DNA of 20,000 nt, from the IMG/VR virus record IMGVR_UViG_3300020183_000055, positions 54,534 to 74,533 of that record; one strand, written 5' to 3'. Positions 16,393 to 20,000 of the stretch are shown piece after piece. Position numbers and translations under genes: made by a program. Positions within the stretch are counted from its first letter, which is position 1; each line of letters begins with the position of its first letter. The notes beneath the pieces are model-generated. The model searched no databases and had not been told where the DNA came from. It was given only the letters and a program-made list of their open reading frames with translations. This DNA is from an uncultured virus (IMG/VR IMGVR_UViG_3300020183_000055). Lineage: Duplodnaviria; Heunggongvirae; Uroviricota; Caudoviricetes.

Positions 16393-18609
16393 TTACGAAT
16401 TATTGGTGAGACTTCTGCCTATTTGATCCACCTGAAAAACCAAATTAATCGGGTCTACACAGATAATTTCTATAACTGGTCTGTAATCTTGTGACATAAA
16501 ATCTGTTTTAGTTATGGATAAGATCAAAGTAGAATAAGGAACTAAAGTTGGATTAGGTAGAGGATATTTCCCCTTTGCGTTAGTTAAAAAATTGACGTTA
16601 AAGTTGCTTGGAATAATTTGATCCCCGAAAGAAAATCTCAACACCTGTCCTAATTTCCAGTTAACAGCAGAATCATCAATTCGGATAACCAGATCAGAAG
16701 TCAATGTGATTGGAATTCCATTGTTCACGTGCTTATAGTAGTTGCCAAAGGTGAGAAGGGGAATTGTATTTGGAGAATTGTTTTGTAGCGTTACAGTTCC
16801 ATTTTTATTTCCAACGTGATAATTCTGATTGTCATTAGAAATAAACAGCTGATTAGGAATTGATCTATCAACAATTATTCCCTGCCCCTGTTTGATCAAA
16901 TTCAAATTATATGAAATTTCAACAGAAGTTTCATTATTAACAACTGCTCGGATCAATTCGTAATTTTGATTAATTAATCCCATAACCGCTTGAGTGTTAT
17001 TAAACAATGCCTGATTTGCGGCCAATGTATTTTCAAGTTGGGTAATTCTGGAATTCAAAGTAAAAACTGTATCGGAGGATAAAACTAAATTTTCTAAAGC
17101 ATCAACTCGATCTTCTAAATTGACATAAATGGAAGCAGTGTTGTTCAAAGTTCCAGAAGCGTCTTGCAATACATTCATTGCATCCATGAACATAGATAAA
17201 GAAAAGGGGGAGTAGTCATTTATTGCCTGTTCTACCCCGGTTTGATCTATATCTACGTCGAATTTAATGTTCAACTTCAATCCAAATGAGTTACCATTCA
17301 ATTTGGTAACGGGGTTTGGCTTGAATTTTTTAAATCTAGGAATTTCATAGGTGCCTATTCCTGTATCCTGGACATCGTCCAGGAAAAGAACACCATATAA
17401 GTTGGTGGCAGAATCGGCAGGAATTGCAGGATCATAAACATCATAATAAATTAAAACAGCATTGAATGAAAAATCTTGTGATAAAGAAGTTGCGTTGAAT
17501 TCCTCCAAAGTTGAAATCGCTGGGTCATCCACAATTTGTTTATATGAGCTGGGATTGAAATCTAAGCCGATAGAATCCAAATTTGTTCTTACATATTCCA
17601 GGGAATATAAATTGTGTGATTTTTCCAAAATTTTGGCAGTAGGATCTGTAAATGGAGGATTAGTTCCTTGATTAGTTCCATCGGTGAAATAAGTATCTGC
17701 AATTGCTCTGGGAGAATACCAGTTTCCAGATCCTGTTGATCCATTGGAAGTGTTTTCGAACTCTACTTGGGGAGACCCTAAAACATCGCAGTCGAAAATT
17801 GCCAAATTTGTCAAACCACTCGGATTCAATTCATCATAGGATCTGCCAGTTAGATATTCATCATTCAAGGGATCTTGCGGGTTGTTGGTCCATGAAAAAT
17901 CAGATGGATAATTTTGATCCACGACATTTTTGAACAAAACTGTTGGTGTATTTCCGTCTTTTGTTGGAACCATTACATACACCTCTGAGTAAGTGTTGTT
18001 ATTATTCTTAACTGAATTTACAATATCTAAATTACCAATATACTGAACTACCCTGTTGTATGTTGCTCCAGTTAATCCGTAAGAACCAGTTCCTCCGGTC
18101 GGATCACCTTCAACATATCTTTTTTGTGTCACCGGCAATCCATTAACAGTCAAAACAGTATTTTGGTCCAAAGTCGGAACTACCTGTGATGAAGAAGCTG
18201 GTTGAAATCTGATTCCTCCTAATTCTTTCATCCATTTCCAAAAAACTCTTTCCGAAATGTTTTGTTTTAAAGATTGATCGTAATTGAGTCCGCTTAAAAT
18301 TGTTGTTTCTAAATTCAAACAATAACTTTGGAAACTTTGAGAAAAATTTATGTTGGCGTTACTAGTAATTATCTTTTGAGCATTCGTAGCTTTATCTAAA
18401 AAAGCAGAGTCTGGTGCTTCTAACTTCAAAGTGTTTCCGAGCGGATTCGTAGAATCTATATCCGGAATATTCAACAAGGCAAATTTGGAAAACTTGAATC
18501 TATTAATTGAGTTATTAAAAGTAAAAGAAAGGTCTTCTGCTGCCGAAGAGAAGGCGTAAAAGGTACCACCTTGAACCTGTAATGGACGTATAAAGGGAGT
18601 TTTAGCCAT
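16393..18609 (-). CDS. Putative virion structural protein (738 aa) with central coiled coil and C-terminal beta domain
   Basis: Long ORF with 7- and 11-nt spacers to its neighbours; coiled coil LEDRVDALENL...LNSRITQLENTL; N-terminus TPFIRPLQVQGGTFYAFSSA resembles large-phage hypothetical proteins (recollection only). Confidence 0.6.
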   Translation of the reverse strand: MAKTPFIRPLQVQGGTFYAFSSAAEDLSFTFNNSINRFKFSKFALLNIPDIDSTNPLGNTLKLEAPDSAFLDKATNAQKIITSNANINFSQSFQSYCLNLETTILSGLNYDQSLKQNISERVFWKWMKELGGIRFQPASSSQVVPTLDQNTVLTVNGLPVTQKRYVEGDPTGGTGSYGLTGATYNRVVQYIGNLDIVNSVKNNNNTYSEVYVMVPTKDGNTPTVLFKNVVDQNYPSDFSWTNNPQDPLNDEYLTGRSYDELNPSGLTNLAIFDCDVLGSPQVEFENTSNGSTGSGNWYSPRAIADTYFTDGTNQGTNPPFTDPTAKILEKSHNLYSLEYVRTNLDSIGLDFNPSSYKQIVDDPAISTLEEFNATSLSQDFSFNAVLIYYDVYDPAIPADSATNLYGVLFLDDVQDTGIGTYEIPRFKKFKPNPVTKLNGNSFGLKLNIKFDVDIDQTGVEQAINDYSPFSLSMFMDAMNVLQDASGTLNNTASIYVNLEDRVDALENLVLSSDTVFTLNSRITQLENTLAANQALFNNTQAVMGLINQNYELIRAVVNNETSVEISYNLNLIKQGQGIIVDRSIPNQLFISNDNQNYHVGNKNGTVTLQNNSPNTIPLLTFGNYYKHVNNGIPITLTSDLVIRIDDSAVNWKLGQVLRFSFGDQIIPSNFNVNFLTNAKGKYPLPNPTLVPYSTLILSITKTDFMSQDYRPVIEIICVDPINLVFQVDQIGRSLTNNS

Positions 18610-18616
18610 ATTTTTA

Positions 18617-19501
18617 TTAGAAGGTCATATTGGAGGAGGAAAGTACAATCCAAGATCCCTGTTCAGTTCCTGTGCCCTGAGAAATTCTAGGCTCCCATTG
18701 CAAAGTGATCGCAGATTGATAAGGCCTCCCTGAATCACATGTAATTCCGGCAGAAGGGAAGTTAGCGTAAGAAGCTTCAGTATTAAATCCAGTATAATAG
18801 GCTCCAGAATTTTGAACCCCCGTAGCTAAAAATCCACCAGTATCACTAGTGTTAACAATTGTAATTCTTGTTCCAGAAACTAAAACAGATCCAGAGGCAC
18901 CGGTTGTTCCTACCGACATGTACCATCCGGGCCCACACTGGGCATAAATTAAATCTTCAGTCCCGGTAATTTGATAAGGAACAGACGAAGAAGAAGATCT
19001 TCCCCCACCCCCAGAAGAAGGTGAAGGGAAAGGCTGCCCAGCAGTTGCACCAGCTTCATAAATAGTGTTCTGACCTACGAAATGACCGCCAAGTAATAAA
19101 TTAAAAGCTCCGCTTACATTGGTAGTTCCGATCAAATTTGCGGTTGAATTGAATGTAGATGTTCCATTTGCAGTTAGAGGTCCGTTGAAAGTGCTTAACC
19201 CACTTGCAGTTAAAGTGGTTGTGGCCAAACTTACAAATTGCCCAACACCAGCCGAATTTATTTGTGCCAATGCTGTTCCTCCTACAGGAACTATGATTTG
19301 ATCGAATAAACCAGTTTTAGCTGAAATTCTTCCAGTGGAGGCAGAAGATAAATCCAAAATTCCATTGACAGAATCTATGTTAAATACATCAACATACTGA
19401 TTGATCCAATTTTGCAAAAGAAGAAAATTGGAATTGATCGTAATTCTTGAGGCTGAAATGGAATCTGAACCTAAAATAGAGGTTGTACTGACAGTTGACA
19501 T
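18617..19501 (-). CDS. Putative short fibre/spike protein (294 aa); start revised to the ATG at 19501
   Basis: MSTVSTTSILGSDSISASRITINSNF shares the N-terminal motif of the two collagen fibres. It has a Thr/Gly-rich beta-repeat shaft (LTASGLSTFNGPLTANGTSTFNSTANLIGTTNVSG) and a knob-like end (SGTRITIVN...ITLQW...GSWIVL). The track's start at 19567 would overlap phoH and the promoter. Confidence 0.7.
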   Translation of the reverse strand: MSTVSTTSILGSDSISASRITINSNFLLLQNWINQYVDVFNIDSVNGILDLSSASTGRISAKTGLFDQIIVPVGGTALAQINSAGVGQFVSLATTTLTASGLSTFNGPLTANGTSTFNSTANLIGTTNVSGAFNLLLGGHFVGQNTIYEAGATAGQPFPSPSSGGGGRSSSSSVPYQITGTEDLIYAQCGPGWYMSVGTTGASGSVLVSGTRITIVNTSDTGGFLATGVQNSGAYYTGFNTEASYANFPSAGITCDSGRPYQSAITLQWEPRISQGTGTEQGSWIVLSSSNMTF

Positions 19502-19516
19502 TGTTTCAAATTTTAA

Positions 19517-19535
19517 TTTTGAATATATATCAAAA
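19517..19535. promoter_or_regulatory. Near-palindromic bidirectional promoter candidate TTTTGAATATATATCAAAA
   Basis: Lies in the 53-nt gap between divergent ATGs (19501 minus, 19555 plus). Reads GAATATATAT on plus and GATATATATT on minus, each roughly 20-25 nt from its ATG. Confidence 0.6.
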
Positions 19536-19554
19536 CAATTCACAACACTAAAAT

Positions 19555-20000
19555 ATGCCGGCAGCAAAAAGTAAACTTACCTCAAGAGATTTCCACGAAG
19601 TAAATTTCACAGAAAAACAAAAAAGTTATTGCGATAAAATTTTCAAAAATACAATTACATTTTGCTGGGGTCCAGCAGGTTCTTCTAAAACATTCTCCGC
19701 ATGTTATGCGGCTTTAAAGATGGTTCAGAAAGGAGAAATAGATCGAATAATTTTTACAAAACCAATTCAGGAATCAGGAGAAAAGCTTGGAAGTTTGCCA
19801 GGAGATGTAAGTGAAAAAATTAGTCCTTTCATGGAAAGTTTTCTTATTACCATGGAAAAAATAATTACCAAAGAAAAACTTGGCCAATTAATTTCTGAGC
19901 GTACAATTGAATTTAGACCTTTGGCCTACATGAGAGGTGCAACATTCGATAGGTCCATGATGATTTTAGATGAGGCACAAAATTGTGACATGAAGCAACT
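19555..20000 (+). CDS. phoH: PhoH-family ATPase, partial (3' end beyond the window)
   Basis: Not in the ORF track. My translation: MPAAKSKLTSRDFHEVNFTEKQKSYCDKIFKNTITFCWGPAGSSKTFSA...RIIFTKPIQESGEKLGSLPGDVSEKISPF...IEFRPLAYMRGATFDRSMMILDEAQN. It has the PhoH motifs GPAGxxKT, LGxLPG, PLAYMRGxTF and Walker B ILDEAQN. Confidence 0.95.
   Translation, partial: MPAAKSKLTSRDFHEVNFTEKQKSYCDKIFKNTITFCWGPAGSSKTFSACYAALKMVQKGEIDRIIFTKPIQESGEKLGSLPGDVSEKISPFMESFLITMEKIITKEKLGQLISERTIEFRPLAYMRGATFDRSMMILDEAQNCDMKQ

Noticed and set aside
375..19301. The many 60-90 aa ORFs in the track that overlap long genes (e.g. 375..581, 496..678, 795..986, 1505..1705, 4296..4553, 7357..7629, 15153..15350, 19119..19301)
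   Set aside because: They lie antisense or out of frame within long ORFs, mostly have non-ATG starts and show no recognisable motifs; these are expected shadow ORFs.
19502..19567. 22-aa N-terminal extension of the 316-aa ORF in the track
   Set aside because: It would overlap the phoH start and the promoter palindrome; the shared N-terminal motif places the start at ATG 19501.
1..20000. Stop-codon reassignment as in Lak or some crAss-like phages
   Set aside because: All genes are long and intact in the standard code, ending in TAA or TGA with short spacers. None of the 10 observed stops is TAG, but there is also no in-frame TAG, so nothing positively supports recoding.
1..20000. Eukaryotic giant-virus origin (TATA-like motif, Kozak-like A at -3, NLS-like RRRRR)
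   Set aside because: Spacers of 7-21 nt and a gene overlap indicate polycistronic prokaryotic expression; phoH and phage-type fibre motifs fit a bacteriophage.
1..20000. CRISPR array, tRNA or structured ncRNA
   Set aside because: The longest intergenic gap is 55 nt, and I saw no regularly spaced direct repeats or cloverleaf signatures.

Overview
AT-rich, densely coding segment that most likely comes from a large tailed dsDNA bacteriophage (jumbo-phage-like virion structural module), probably infecting Bacteroidota. About 19.5 kb is one minus-strand gene cluster with very short spacers. In transcription order it encodes a 294-aa fibre-like protein; three large putative baseplate/tail proteins (738, 1203, 1860 aa); two paralogous collagen-containing fibre proteins (487, 688 aa); a Pol-beta-superfamily nucleotidyltransferase-like protein; two paralogous small coiled-coil proteins; a membrane-anchored spanin-like protein; and a >487-aa ORF running off the left edge that the ORF track missed. 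A phoH gene, also missed by the track, starts divergently at 19555 and runs off the right edge. Notable patterns are a recurring GAATATATA promoter-like motif (bidirectional and near-palindromic at the divergence point), a shared N-terminal motif in three fibre-like proteins, two Cys-rich modules inserted in one fibre paralog, and a G-x-T-G motif scattered through six putative virion proteins. I saw no RNA genes, CRISPR arrays or mobile elements. Apart from PhoH, functional calls rest on motif recognition by eye, not database searches.
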